DNA of 64,000 nucleotides from Geosiphon pyriformis uo1 (taxonomy: Eukaryota; Fungi; Glomeromycota). The notes under the pieces are model-generated. The model saw only the letters and a list, made by a program, of their open reading frames with translations, did not search any database and was not told where the DNA came from. The stretch covers positions 516,113-580,112 of the forward strand of contig JAAOMT010000400.1 in the NCBI GenBank assembly GCA_016748015.1, in the 5' to 3' direction. This document shows positions 25,548 to 40,788 of the stretch, in pieces; position 1 is the stretch's first letter; every line of letters begins with the position of its first letter. A program made the translations under genes and the position numbers.

Positions 25548-26849
25548 TATTATTATTATTATATTGAAATCTTTTTTTGCATTCGATTGTTATTTGATAT
25601 AATTAATATCAATAAAACTTTTTACTGTTTTGTCAAAATAAAAATATTTTAATAAAGATATTGTTTTATGCTTATAAAATATTTTTAATTTGTTTAATTA
25701 TTTTTTAATATTATGTATATATTTTATTTTTTTTAGTTTTTAAAATTGTAAAATATTATAAAAAAATATATTAAGCATGTTTTTTTATTTTGTTTTAGAA
25801 ATATAAAATAGATTAATATTGTATTTTTTTAAAAAATGGATATTTTTAATTATTAATAAATTAATATTTATATAATATTATAATTAGATTGCAAATATTT
25901 TTTATTAAAAGTTAATTTAAATAATTATTTATTATTATTTTTTTTATGATAAAAATTGATTATTATTATTTATTATAATACAACAAAAAACATGCTTTAA
26001 AGCAAATATGATTTGTGTATTTTTTACATATTATTATAAATTAAAAAATATGGTTTTTTATACAATATATATTGTAAAAATTATTATTAAAATTAAGTAA
26101 AAAAAACTATTATTATAGTTAATTTAACGATATTAACTAACAACTAAAAAGTAAAAAATTAATAATTAATTCAATTATAACAAAATTTTGACTTAATTTA
26201 ATTAAAAAAAACTTTTTTTTTATTTAAAATTTAACTTCTTTAAAATGTTTTATTAAAAATATGACCAAAAAACAAAACTAAACAAAATATTAATATCTAA
26301 AAAATAGATAAATTTTGATAATAAGTTTAATAATACAAATAAAAATAAAACTACTAAAACTAATAATAAGAAAATAAAAATACTTATGTAAATAATTTAT
26401 TGGTTGTAATATTAAAAACAAATTTTATTAAAAAAATATAATAATAGATAATTTAATTTTAAATTTAAGAAAAACTAAGATTTTTATTTTAAAAAAAAAT
26501 ATTGGTTTTTTAGATTTTAATATAGTTTTAATTATTATTAATAATATATTATAAAATATGTTTGCAAAATAAAAATGTTTCTAAATATTTATAATTATTT
26601 AAAAAAATTTGTTTTTATTTTAATTTAAAACTTTATATTTTATTTAAGTAAAAAAGCAAACATATATTATGTTATTATTAATTACTATAAAACCATTTTT
26701 CTTCCCTTTTTGATAAGATATACAATTAAATATTTTATAATAATATTATCTTGCATCATAATAATATACTATTTATAATGTATAATTATAGTATAATATA
26801 ATTATTTTAACTTATTATATCATTTTATTTATATAAAAATAATTACAAA

Positions 26850-26995
26850 TTTGTGTTTTTTATTTTTTAATCTAATATGTTTTTTATTTTTTGATTTAAC
26901 ACATCTTTTATTTTCTGATTTAATGTATTTTTTATTTGCATCTTTTATTTTTTGATTTATTATGTTTTTAATATTGTATTTTTGATTTTATTTAT
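26850..26995. repeat. Degenerate ~22-nt tandem repeat
   Basis: Recurring ttttattttttgattt(a)a units. Confidence 0.5.
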
Positions 26996-29144
26996 TATTA
27001 AACTCTTTTAATATACAAGTTTTTTTAATTATTTACAATATAACAAGTTTTATATTTATAAAATTTCTACAAATTAACATTAGAAATTTTGTAATATATT
27101 TAAATATAGTTATATAGTAAACACAAAAAATTTACTATACCAAAAGTTTAATTTATGTATTAAATATATTAATACATAGAAAGAAATTTAACATAAATTT
27201 TCATAAGAAATTAAAAAAAAATTGAAAAATACTTAACAATTCCAATTTTAATTCAAGATTTTTTGCATTTTTTATAATTAATACTATTATCTTAAAACTT
27301 TAAAACCATTTGAACTATCCTAATTCTAATTATTTTAAAGACAATTAAAAAGATTATTATAAATAATATAACTTTTCTTAATATTTTAGTACAAAAAAAA
27401 CTGTAAAAACCATTAATACAAGTAATAAAAAACTTGTTAAGTTTTAACAAATCTATAATTCTATAATTGACTTAAAAATTTAGCATAGTTTTCTGATTTA
27501 TATTACAAATTTCAAAGAAATTTTGCATATTAAAACCAAAAAAATAAAAAAATTAAAGCATTATGTAAAATACCAAAGTAAAAGTTAGACAAAAAAAGCA
27601 AAAATCTTGGAAAAATATTAAAAAGTTATAAAATATGACTTATTTAGTCATTTATTTCGTTTGATTCAATATTTAAAATTATATAAACATATTTACAAAT
27701 AAATTAAGTTTAAAACTACAAACAAAAAAAAAAAAAAAAGTTAAAATTATTAATTATTTTTGTAAAGTTTTAAATTTAAAATATAATAAATATCTTTTTT
27801 GTACTATTCTAAATAATTATTTATTGTTATATCAATTAACTATAATATCAACAAAAGTCTATTACTATTTAGCCAATATTGTAATTGCTTTTGTTTTATG
27901 AAATAAAAAAAATACTCTAATAAACATTATTATTTTGTTTTAGTAAAAAAAACTAAATAATTTGCAGTTTTATTTTCTACTTAATTTGTAATTATTTTGC
28001 AGAATAATAAAACCAAATTTTTTTTTGGTATTTTTATAGTTGAAAAAACTTTTCAAAATATGTAAAATTTTTAAAAACCAGTTATATTACTAAATTATAA
28101 TTTTTTAATTAATATATAGCAAAAATTAATTTTATTAATTTATTTATTAATAAAATTAAGTAATATAAATAATACTTTTCATAATAATTAACTATTAATT
28201 TTTATCTATTTACAATATAAAATTGGTAAAAATTCTGTTATTTATATAAATAACTTAAATTTATTAATACAAAATGTCTATTTTAATAAAATATTAAAAA
28301 TTAATAATATTATAAAATGATTTTCTTAGTATATTAAATATTAATATCTTGTTTTAATTGTAATTAGTCTTTTGTAAGTTTTTTAATTCTATTTATGTAA
28401 TAATATTATTGTTTATATTAAAAGCTTTCTTTTGATGTTATAATATAAGTTATTTTTTAATTCTTAATTGTTATATATGTTTATGTACTTTTTTTTAAAG
28501 ATTAAACTAAAATCTATCCACTGTTTAAAGTTTTTTCTAAGACTATTTTTGCAATTGTCTGCTATGTTTCTCTAATTTAGAAACATGAAATATTAATAAT
28601 CTTTAATATTTTTTATAATTACAATAAATTTTTTTATTAATTAATAATAATAAAAATAATTTTAATCAAAAATTATTCTTCCAAAAAATTTAACTAATAA
28701 ATAATAGTTTTATTTAATAAATAATACAAGTAAGTTTTTTAATATTTTGAATTGTGATAATTCAGTTTCTAATATTTTTTTATTTTTTTTTGATTAAAAG
28801 TTTTTGTGAATATTTATTTTAAAAATAAAAGCTTAAAAAATAATTAAAATAGAAACTGTTAAATAAATTTGTTAAATAATATTGTTATTTTTCTTAATAT
28901 TAAAGCTATTATATATATATATGTTTGTAGTTCTACAAAAAAACACATTGTAATATATTTTTTTAATATCTCAATTTGGTGTTTACTGCTATTATTAATT
29001 GGTATTTGTTACTATTGTAAACTAATATTTACTGCTATTGTAAAATAGTGCTTGTTACTATATTAATTATTATTATTACTGTACTATATTATAATTGGAT
29101 AATTTATATTATTTTATGTTTTTTTTGTTAAATTCTTAAACTGT

Positions 29145-31875
29145 TATTACTTATAAAAAAAAGTACAAGAAAAAAATAGAAAAAACAAATCATAAAATAG
29201 ACCAATAGAAAAATAATATTTAATTAGTAAGCACATTTTTAGAAAATCATAGCATATTTTTAGAAATAAGCATATTTTTAGAAAGTAGTATAGAAAAAAA
29301 GTAGAAATATGAAAGAGTATTAAAAGCAAAAAAGACAGAACAGTAGCTAAAAACAAGTAATTATTTAATATTTTTTTCTTTAAAAGATAGTTTTCTATAA
29401 CTTGAAATGAAATTATATTCATATCAATAAAAATACTTATTACTATCCAATTTATGTTGTTATTGCTTGATTAAGAAATATTAAATTACTTTTATATTAT
29501 TAAAAACTTATGTTGATAAAATTTGATACTTAACTATATTAGACCAATAGTTCTTGATCATGGCTATTAATTAAATACTAATTTTTTATTTTTTTTCTTA
29601 GTTTTTTTTATTTTGTTTTCTTTATTATTTACTAATTAATAAGAAATTAAGCATTGAATAATTGACAATTAAGAAAAGCTTAGTAAAAAATCTGTAAAAC
29701 AAGAGTAGAAAATTTAAGAATAGTTTATCAGAAAAGTATAATTATCAGAGTAAACTGGTCATCACACTGAAAAAAAATATTTATAGAAAAAATTATCAAT
29801 TAAATTTCTATCTATTATACAAAAAACTCAATTAAAACCTTCAAATTATAAAATCTTTAGAAATCATTATTATTAATAGCTATTAAGCACCAAATTATAA
29901 ATTTGTTATTTATTTTAACACCTCAAATAATTATTTGTAATATTTGGTGTTTCTTGTGAAGTATAATTAAACAAAGAACTAATACTAATATCCACTATCT
30001 AAAACAATAGCAGAATCAGAAGTAATAAGAACAAACTACTTGGAATTTGTGAAGACTTTATTTTAATATTATCAAACTTATCTCAAATTAACAAGTAATA
30101 ATTGGCCAATAAAATCAGCTTTTAATTGTTATATTAACAAAAAAATTGTTTACTACTTAAAAAATTCAAAAAATTCAAAAGCTGCCCTTAAAAATTTTTA
30201 CAGTAAATTACTCCAAAACATCATATTTTCACAAAATTATCTGTTTGTCTTACTTATCACAAAAATAAATCAAAAAATTAAGAACTACATTCAACAAAAA
30301 TTTTTTATTATCTTTGCAAACAAAAAAAAAAAATTACAAACTTTAGTAAAAATACCAAGGAAAATACAACCACCTATCTGGAAAAAACCAAGAGTTATTT
30401 TACTTATTAATCTATCATATTATTATATGTTTAAAAACACTATTCAAATAACATTAACAGTTACAGCTACATTTGACATAAAAACACTATTGGCAAAAGT
30501 TTTATTTTAAAACAATTAGAAGAAATCTAAGCTACTAAAAACCTATAATAATTATTTTAAGAAATCTAAATTATAACTAACAATTTTATTAAGACTCCAA
30601 TCACTACTATTTCAGCTTAATTTCAGATCTACTAATAATTGGACAGAAACCAAATCAAAAAAAAAAAGACAGTAATCAAAAAATTAATAATTAAAACCTG
30701 ATTTCAAATAAACTGAAAATCCAAACTCTGATTATTTAAATTTAGACAAATTTAAACAATTTAAATCCTGCTTTTATTGTTAATAACAACTTATTTCCAG
30801 TTATTCAAATTAATTTTTTAGTTGTATCAATAGTTATTTCTCTATTACACTAATAACAATCATTAGCATTAATAGTCTATACTCTAATTGTTAAACTTAA
30901 AAAATTTACTGGCAAAAAAGATAACACTTAATTTTGATTAAACAATATCACAAAAGCCATTACAGCCAATGGTTGGAATAATGTCAGAGCTTTTCAAGCA
31001 ATCTTTTACTTTTTGCAAAACACTGTTAATTTATAATATTAGAACTTAATTAATAAGTTTTAAACCTTTAACACATTCAAACAGAATTTTTTATAGTATT
31101 TTAGTAATCATAACAATATTAAATATTTGTTGACCAAATTCACTATTATTAAGCAAAACAATACTGAAGCAGTTATCACTTATTTGAAATGTTTCCACAA
31201 AAATCTACACCAAATTCAAGCAATTGATGCTAATTACTTTACAACATTACAAATTTTGAATTAATTTATTTATAAATTATGCAGCAATTTGTTACAATAA
31301 ATATGCCTATTACATTTAAACACACTCCAAAACACAGTTATACATATCAGAAATTTCGAAATGACAAAATTTGAAGCCAATTATGTCTAAGTTATAAATC
31401 TAATAATAAACAGATTATCTAAATTGGATACCAAATTAAAGCAATTTGAAAAAACATTTAATTAAAAGATCAAAAAATACTTAACTAATAATCAGACAAT
31501 TTATTAGTTTTTTTAATATTATAATAATTTAGAAAACTATAATCATAATTCCAGTTAGTTATATATATTAGCATTATTATTAGCAAATCTACTATAACAA
31601 TAAAAGATATATATTTGTTATTATTGCTATAAACAAAAACATATCAAAGCAGATTGTTGATCTAAAATGTATAGTTCACAATCAAAAAATAAAAATAAAA
31701 ATCCCAATTGCAGGTTTTAAACTTAGAACTATGTTGATAATTTATTATTAAAACAATATCAATATTAGTTTCATTACTTCTAAATAATACAATCAATATA
31801 TGTATTTTTAATCTATTAAATTCTATTACTAATAATTTATCAAGTTCTACAGCCACCAATTACCTATCAATTACC
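29145..31875 (+). mobile_element. Gypsy copy G1 (family A): 5' LTR 29145-29942, PBS, gag; 3'-truncated, extremely AT-decayed
   Basis: LTR homologous to 50893-51671 and ending tgtaata. PBS tttggtgtttcttgtgaa at 29943. Gag remnants KFTGKKDN...KAITANGWNNVRAFQAI..FLQNT. Confidence 0.8.
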
Positions 31876-32211
31876 AAATAGTTATTTATTGTGTTTTGAA
31901 GATTGTCTAGATAAAATCTAAACTGAGAGGTCTGTCTTTTTAGCTTCTAATCTTACTACTATATATACATAATTGAGATTCCTCAATTCCTCAATTCTTT
32001 ACAACAGGAATCCTGGAATTTCTGGAATTCTGCAATTCTTTTGAGAAGAATCTTAGAATTCTGGAATCCTGCAATTTCTTGTAAGAATCTTGTAATTCCT
32101 GGAATCCTGCAATTCTTAAGAAGAATCCTGGAATTTTACATTTTACTATGTCTACTTCTGATTGGTTAATAATTATCCTAATATATATTCCCTATATTTC
32201 TATGAATAACA
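31876..32211 (-). mobile_element. Partial family-A LTR (U3 end) abutting G2 RNase H
   Basis: Terminus tgaataaca (TGTTATTCA on -) at 32203-32211, with ggaatcctgcaatt repeats and a TATA motif matching 48400-48659. Confidence 0.8.
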
Positions 32212-35200
32212 CTGTATAATTAAATAATAATAGTTTTATTTTTTATCTTATATGGTAATTATCTCTAAATTTTTGCTTCTGAATCAATAACAATTTTTTG
32301 TAATTAATGTACACATCAAATTTTTAATTTAAGTATTTTTTCTATTTAATAATAGCCCAATAAATAGCTAAATGTTTTAACACTAAAGTTTTATAATTCT
32401 TTTTAATTAAACTTAAACTTTGGTTGATATAAATTACTGAATGTTCTTGTTTATCAGCTTTTTTTTGTAATAGTGCTATTTTTAATACTTAATTAGATAT
32501 ATTAATAGTAATAATAAATAGTTTGCTGTAATTTGAATAAATTAATATTAGAACTTAAATAAGTTTTTTTTATAGTATATTGAAAGCTTTTTGTTGATTT
32601 TAGTTTATTTGTATTTAATATTTTTTGCTTGAAGCTAGTAAAATAGTTGAGCCAATTTGGAAAATTTTTGGATAAAGCAGTAATAGTATTTAACAAATTT
32701 CAAGAATGTTCTTAGTTTTATTAAGTTTGTTAGTACTAAAAAGTTCTTAACTATTTTGATTTTGTCTAAATCTGTTTTGATGCCATTTTTGTTTACAATG
32801 TGTTCTAAAAACTTAAGTTTAGTTTTTCCAAAAAACACTTAGTGGCATTTAATTTTAGCTTCACTTTTTTTAATCTTTTAAATACTTACTAGAAATAATA
32901 GAAATAATTATTGAATGTCTTAGAGAATACATTAATATCATCCAAATTGATTACTACTAATTTTCATAACAGTTCTATATAGACAATTTTTATTAGCTAT
33001 TGGAAGGTGACTGAAATATTAGTTAAATCAAAAGACATAATATTAAATTTAAAGTTCTCTTTTATTGTAATAAATATTGTCTTTTTTTTGTTAGCTGGAT
33101 TCATGGTTACTTATCAGTAAGTATTATATAAATTCAATGTTGAAAACTATTTTTTCTCTCTAAAAGCATTAAATAGTTTTTGAATTCATAGAATAGGATA
33201 ATTGTTATTATGAATAACACTATTAAGTTTTCTATAATCTACACAAAAGCAAATTTTTCTATTTTTTTTCCAAATAAGTACTATTAATAATAACTATAGA
33301 CTCTTTAATAGTTGAATTAATTCATTGTCTAATATATAGTTGATTTTTTGACAAATAATCTCATGATTAATAGATAATATTTGATATGTTTTTTGTTTAA
33401 TTTGTATTGTATATTTAGTTTTAGTTTGGTGCTAAATAATGTTAGTTTTGCCAAATTTATTTTTACTTACAAAAATATCAGTAAAATTGTTAAGTAATAG
33501 CTTAAATTGCATATATTAAAATGGGTTTAAGTCTTCCAAGTTTATTTGTTTTAATTGTTTTAGTTGTAATAAATAATATTTTTTTTGTTTGTAAATGATT
33601 TGTGATGTAATATTTACATATTTACAAAGTTGTAGAAAATCTGAAATAGTAATTAGTGCTTGATTTTCAACTTTAGTACTTAAGTATCTAATAATAATTC
33701 TCTTTAGTATTTTTATTGGGTCTTTAATTATATTGTATATTGGAATTTTAATATGTTTATAATTTTTGGCTAGTATATAGAGATTAATAATAGCAATTTT
33801 TTTTGATTTACAACTGGTAGAATTTACTTCAAAAATATGAAATTAATTTTTTATTTATCTCTCTATAGTTAATATATATTGGTCATATAATAGAATAAAA
33901 ATTGATTGATAAATAAAGATAATTTCTCTTTAATTAATTGTTTTTTTTATTATATTAATTAGTATTTTTATTCTATTTGTGAATTCAAATTTCTTTATTT
34001 TTCTTGTTGTTATCTCTAACTCTTTTTTTATTTTCATTAATATTAACTAAGTTATTTTTACCAAAAATAAGAATATTGCTTGTGTTATTTTTTTATTTGG
34101 TTCAATAATATATGCTTTTTTTGATTTATTTTGTAGTATTGTAATAATATTTTTTATATATCTTGCATCAATTATTTTTCTTTTAATATTAATTTTTTTT
34201 TGTTAAACTAAATTTAGACACTAATTAGATCATTGTTGTTGCTAAAATTTTCAGTATTATTTTCAAATCTATATTAATATGCAAATAAAATTTCAATTTA
34301 ATAACAGTTTTTTGAAATATTTGAGATCAAACTTTGTATTGATATTATGTACATATTTTGAGATGATTTTCTTATTATTATTGCTAAATTATTTAAGTTT
34401 CTGTTTTTTTTAAAAATTTAGAAGCACAATATATTGCTTAAAGTTGTAATCAGAGTTTAAATTGTCATTATTATTGTTGTTATTGTGAACAAAGTTAGAA
34501 CTATTGTTGTTATTATTATTAGAATTTAAATTGTAATTGAATTTCAATTTTAATTCTGAAATACACTTGCTGATTGGTTCTTTCTTTTTAAAAATTAAAT
34601 AGATTATATATAATAGTAAATTGTAAATAAAATTACAATTATTACAATACTCAAAGTTACTGAAAATTAAGCAATATTTACAAAGTTTTGTATTTAATTG
34701 TTCCAAATACTATTTTTGTTTTTTTCAAGTAGATGCTAGATCTTGGTAGTATTTGTAAAATTGTTCTAGATTATTTATAATATCAATAAATATGTTTGGA
34801 GTTTGGAATAAAAACAATATTAACAGATTTTTGGTAAATTATTTTTAATTATTAATATTTTATTAGGTAAAGTGTTTTTGATTTTGGTACTTGCTATTCT
34901 TTAAATTTTGTCTTCATTGTGTAGATAATTATCTAAACATAAGAGTGCTTAATTTTATGTGATATTGAAAACCATTTTTTTGCTTACCCAATTGTTTATA
35001 AGAATCATGTATTGGCATAATATATTACATATTTTTCTATAGCTAAAAAAGTTATTCTGTATTTCTTTATCAAGTAACATTTTTCTACAAGTAAGATATG
35101 ATTCATTGTTTCACTTTTCTTGTTATTTTGGGTAGTCAAAGCATTTTAGTAGCACACTTTACAATAGTAGCAAATACATATTTCATAGTTTTCATCTAAT

Positions 35201-38200
35201 AAATTTCAAGCTTTTATAGATAAAAGTTTTTTCTTGTAGTTCTTGTATTTGAGTGAAATATAAAGTGATTATTTCTTTGTTTCTGGAGTTAAATATAATA
35301 TATGCTAACTGCTGGCTGATTTTTTGGTAGTAGTAATAACTTGAAAATTGTTTTTTTTCTTTTGTTGTTTTAAGAAAGTATTAATAGTAGCTTATTGTAA
35401 CTGTTTTTAGTCTATAAAACTTAATAAACTTTTTAAATAGGTTTTTTTTTTTTTAAGCTTAATCAATGATTGCTTTTTTGAAAAAGCTCTAAAGTAACTG
35501 CAGATAACAGATACTTAAGTATACTGACCATTAAATATTAACTAAAGTTTTTGGGTGTTTTAGTTGAGTATAATGTTGATTATAAACAATTAGTTATTAT
35601 CAATTAGAGCTTAATATTGTGTAGCTTTTATTACCAAAACTTTGATTGGTACAATAATGTCATTGATTTTAAAAAAAAGTTATTAATTTCACCAATTGGA
35701 GTTTTTGTTACTCCATCAGCAATAATAATTTTGGTATTGGCAGCTTAATTAACTTAACAACCTAATTGGTCTATAAGTTGTCTAATAATAATACTGTCTG
35801 TTAAACCACTATTAAAAATGAATTTAATAAAGTAATCATCAACTTTAAAATTAGTATATATGACAGTAATTGGTTTAGTATTAAAAGTGGCTTCACTAAA
35901 TAATAATGTTTTTATTTGGTTTTTTAATTCAAAAGAAAATATAGTGGCAAATAATTCGTCTTTAGTAATAATTACTAGTAAGATATTGTTGGTAAATAAT
36001 TGTTTTGATAATTCTAGGTTGTTAAATTGGATATTTTTTGAAGTAACCAAAAGACTTAAATAGCTTTAGAAATTCGGGTTTTGAATGTATCTATTTTCCA
36101 AACTCTATTGATATAAATCTGATGGCTGGTTTAATGAACTGGAGATTAGTTAGTACATTATTATTATTGATCTTCAAGTTTGTTGGATGTAATTAATTCT
36201 TAGTCTTTGGTTTCTAGTTGGTTATTAAGTTAGAATTTAAAGTGGTACTTGAATTTTTTAAGATTAATAGATAATTTGTGGCTGTAATTGATATATTATT
36301 AATGCTGTAGTCTAATAGATTAGAAATAAGTATGTGAATTATTGTATTATTAGTGTGTAATATAGTTAATATTGATATTGTTCTAATAATAAATTATTAA
36401 CATAGTTTTAAGTTTGAAATTTGTAATTAGAGTTTTAATATTGATTTTTTAATCTTGTTCTATATTCTATTTTTAAGTGTTCTTGTTTACTACAGTAGTA
36501 ACAAATATGTATTTTTGATTGTAATAGTTAATTTTTTAATAATAATAATGAATATAAATTTTGAAACTGATTTAAGTTTTCTTGATGATTATAACATTAA
36601 AGTAGTTAATAAATAATAGTATTATTAGTTAAATATTCTTTTAATTTCTGGTTTATAAAATTGCTAAATTGTTTTAGCTTAGAATCCAATTTAAATAATC
36701 TATTTATTACTAAATTTACAGTTTAGGCATAGTTGGCTTTGAGTTTAGCCAATTCAAAATATCTAACATAATTAACTGTATTTTAAAATGTGTTTAAGTA
36801 TAATAGACATATTTATTATAACAAACTGCTGCATAATTTATTAATAAATTGATTTAAGATCTGAAGTACTATAAAATAATTAGTATTAACTATTTGGATT
36901 TGGTACAAATTCTTGTGAAAGTGTTCTAAGTAAGTGGTAACTGCTTTATTATTACCTTGCTTAATTGTAATAAAACTAATTAACAGACAATTAATGCTGT
37001 TGTAATTGCTGAAATATTGTAAAAATACAATTTTAAATATATTGAAATCTTGTGGTTTGTTTACTAAGCTTTAATATTACAAGTCTGTAGTATCTTATAA
37101 AAAAATAAAATGATTTAAAGAGCTTTGGCATTGTTTTATTCATTGGCTGTAATGGTTTTTGTCATATTATTGAGTTATATTTGGACATTATCTTCTTTGT
37201 CAGTAAATTTTTCAAGTTTGGTGATTAATACATATACTATTAGTGCAAATTATTATTGTTGTGGTTGTTAAAGAACAGCAATTGGTGCTACTAGTAATTG
37301 ATTAATTAAGATAACTGGAGGTAAGTTTTGTTGAACAAAGTTTGGATTGTTTAAGTTTTGCTGAATTTGAACAATCAGAGTTTGGATTTTCAAGTTATTT
37401 GAAATTGAATTTTGATTATTAATTTTTTAATTATTGTTTATATTTTTTTTTGAGTTAGTTTCTGTTTAATTACTAATAGATTCGAAATTTGGTTAAGATG
37501 GTAGTAATTAAAGTTTTAATAGTATTATTGGTTATAATTCAAATTCTTCAAAAAAATTGTTATAGATTTCTAATAATTTGGTTTTCTTCTGGTTATTTTG
37601 TAATAGTACTTGTAATAATAGTGTTTTTAATATAGATATAACTGTTAATATTATCTGAATGATGCTTCTGAACATGTAATAATATGATAAATTAATAGGT
37701 AAAACAATTTTTGGTTTCTTTCAAGTAAGTAGTTGTATTTTTCTTGAGATTTTTGCTGAAGTTTGTAGCTTTTCTTTTTGTTTTGTTAGCAAAGATAATA
37801 AAAAATCTCTGTTTAATATAAGTTTCAATCTTACAATTTATTTTTGAAATTATTGAGACAAAATTATGATTTTGTGAAAGATTAATATATTGTAATAGTT
37901 CACTATAGAAATTTTTAATAGTAGTTTTTGGATTTTTTTGGTCTTTTAAATAGTATATAATTTTTTTATTTATGTAGAAATTAAAGTCTGATTCTGTTGG
38001 CCAATAATTATTTATTAGTTCAAGATAAGTTTGATAATATTGAAATAAGAATTTCACAATTTTTTTCTATGATTTCTTAGTCTGCCACTTTTTTAAATAG
38101 TTAATGTTAATGTTAGTTCTCTGTTAAATTATATTTTACAGAAAGTATCAAATATTACAGGTAATTATTTGAGGTGTTAAAACAAATAACAAACCCATAA

Positions 38201-38929
38201 CTTAGTGCTCAATAATTATATATAATAGTAATTTCTAAAGATTTTGATTGAGTTTTTTGTATAATAAACAGAAATTTAATTAATAGTTTTCTCCAATTTT
38301 TGTTTTTAGCATAATAACTGGTTTATTTTGGCAGTTGTGTCTTTTTAGTAAGTTATTCTTAAGTTTTTTTACTCTTGTTTTATGAGTTTTTTACCAGACT
38401 ATTTTTGATGTTAATTACTTAGTGCTTAATTTTTTAATTAATTAGTAAACAATAAAGAAAATAAAACAAAAAAAAATAAAAGAAAATAAGAAAAAAAATA
38501 AAAAATTAGTATTTTTTTAATAGCCATGATCAAGAGTTATTAGTTCAATTTGATTAAATATTGAATTTAATCAATATAGATTGTTAATAATATAAAAGTA
38601 ATTAATATTCTTAATTAAGCAATGACAACATAAATTAGATAATAATAAATATTTTTATTGATATAAATATAATTTTACTTCAAATTATAAAAAACTATCT
38701 TTTAAAAAGAGAGATATTAAATAATTATTTATCACTAATTACTGTTCTAATACTTTTATTATATATACATAATTTGTATTATATCAATTTTTTTGAAAAA
38801 AATTTTGGAATTTTGAAATTTTGGAATCCTGCAATTTCTTAAGAAAAATTCTGAAATTTTTTTTTTACTATGCTTCTTTCTTATTGGCTATTTTTTTATC
38901 TATTATGATTCTTATTTTTATGAGTAATA
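32212..38929 (-). mobile_element. Gypsy copy G2 (family A): 5' LTR 38153-38929, gag, PR, Cys-rich module, dUTPase, RT, RNase H; integrase and 3' LTR missing
   Basis: Colinear with G4 throughout, e.g. KPITVIYTNFKVDDYFIKFIFNSG (PR), LCKYCLIFSNFEYCNNC, IDARYIKNI (dUTPase), FFGKTKLKFLEHIVNKNG (RT). Confidence 0.88.
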
Positions 38930-40788
38930 ATATATTCTAATATAATGTTTTTATTGTTATTACTGAACTATTTAAGTTTTTGCTTCATAAAAAAATCTGA
39001 AAGTGTAATATATTGTTTAGAGTTTTTATTAAAGTTTGAATTATTGCTATTATTATTGTTATTGTAAACAGTATTAAAACTGTTGTTGTTATTATTGTCA
39101 AAATTTGAATTAAATTTATGTTTTAATTCCAATTTTGAAGTGCAACTGTTGATTGGTTTTTCTTTTTTAAGGATTAAATAAATTATATACAGTAGTAAAT
39201 TGTAAATAAAATTACAATCATTACTATATTTAAAGTCACTGAAAATTAAACAATGTTTACGAAATTTAGTGTTTAATTGTTCTAAATACTGTTTTTGCTC
39301 TTCTTGAGTAAGTGTTAGATCTTAGTAATATTTATAAAATTGTTTTAAATCACTTATAATGTTAACAAAAATATTTGGGTTTAGAATGAAAACAGTTTTA
39401 ATAAGTTGTTTTTAATTGCCAATATCTTATTAGGTAAAATACTTTTAATTTTGGTACTTGTTATTCATCAGATTTTGTTTTTGTCATATGAGTAGTTATT
39501 CAAACATGAAAAAGCTCTGTTTTATATAGTATTAAAAGGCATTTTTCTGTTTATCCAATTACTAATAAGAATTATGTATTAATATAATATGTTACATATT
39601 TCTTCTTAACCAAGAATGTTATTCTATATTCTTTTATTAAATAGAGTTTTTTTACAGACTAAACAAGATTTATTGTTTTACTTCTCTATTATTTTAGATA
39701 TTCAAAACATTCTTAGTAATATACTTTACAATAATAACAAGTACATATTTTATATTTCTCTTCTGGCAAAATACAAACTTTCATAAATAAAAGCTTCTTA
39801 TTACAATCTATGTATTTAAGTAAAATATATAGAAAAAGTGTTTTTTTTAGTATTAGTATTAAGTATAAAATACTTCAACTGTTTATTGATTCTTTTGTAA
39901 CAATAGTGGTTTAAGATTTGTCTTTTTTTTTTCCAAATAAGTATTAATAGTAGTTTATTGTGTTCTTTTTTGGCCCACAATACTTAATAGGCTTCTTAAA
40001 CAGTTTTTTTTTCTTTTTTAAACTCAATCATTAATAGTTTTTAAGTAATGATAGTTATTTTAAAGTAGTTACAAGTAGCTAAAATCTGATTATGTTGTCC
40101 AATATATGTTAGCTAAAGTTTTTAAATATTTCAGTCAAATATAACATTAATTTTGAACAGCCAGTTATTATTAATTAGAGCTTAATATTGCATGGCTTTT
40201 ATTATCAGAACTTTGATGAACACAATAATACTATTAACTTTAAATAGAAAGTTATTAATTTTGTTAATGAAAGTTTTGGTTGCTTTATTAATAATAATAA
40301 TTTTAATGCTGGCAGTACAATTAACTTGACAACTTAATTGGTTTATAAGTTGTCATGTAATAATACTGTTTGCTAAATTATTATTAAGAATTAATTTAAT
40401 AAATTGACTATTGATTTTGGCATTAGTATACATAGTAGTAATTAGTTAATTATTAAAAGTGACTTTACTAAATAACAGTGTTTTAATTCAATCTTTTAAT
40501 TCAAAAGAGAATATAGTAACAAGTAATTTGTTCTCAATAACAGTTGCTGATAAGATATTGTTGATAAATAGTTGTTTTAGTGATTTTGGATTGTGAGATT
40601 GAGTATTTTCTAAGATAACTAAAAAGCTTAAATAGTTTTAAAAATTTTGATTTTAGACATATTTACTTTTTGAATTCTGCTGATGTGATTTTGTTGGCTA
40701 GTTTGATGAACTAAAAATCAATTGGTGTATTACTATTGTCAATCTTCAATTTTGTTGAGTGTAAGTAATTCTTAGTCTTTGGTTTCTA
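38930..40788 (-). mobile_element. Gypsy fragment G3 (family A): gag C-terminus, PR, Cys-rich module; cut by G2 just before the dUTPase
   Basis: Near-duplicate of ~34370-36215 at DNA level. Confidence 0.85.

Noticed and set aside
32000-32140. Short repeated ggaatcctg/ggaattctg units as a CRISPR array or heat-shock elements
   Set aside because: No unique spacers, eukaryotic LTR U3 context, and only isolated TTCnnGAA half-arrays. Treated as ordinary U3 repeats.
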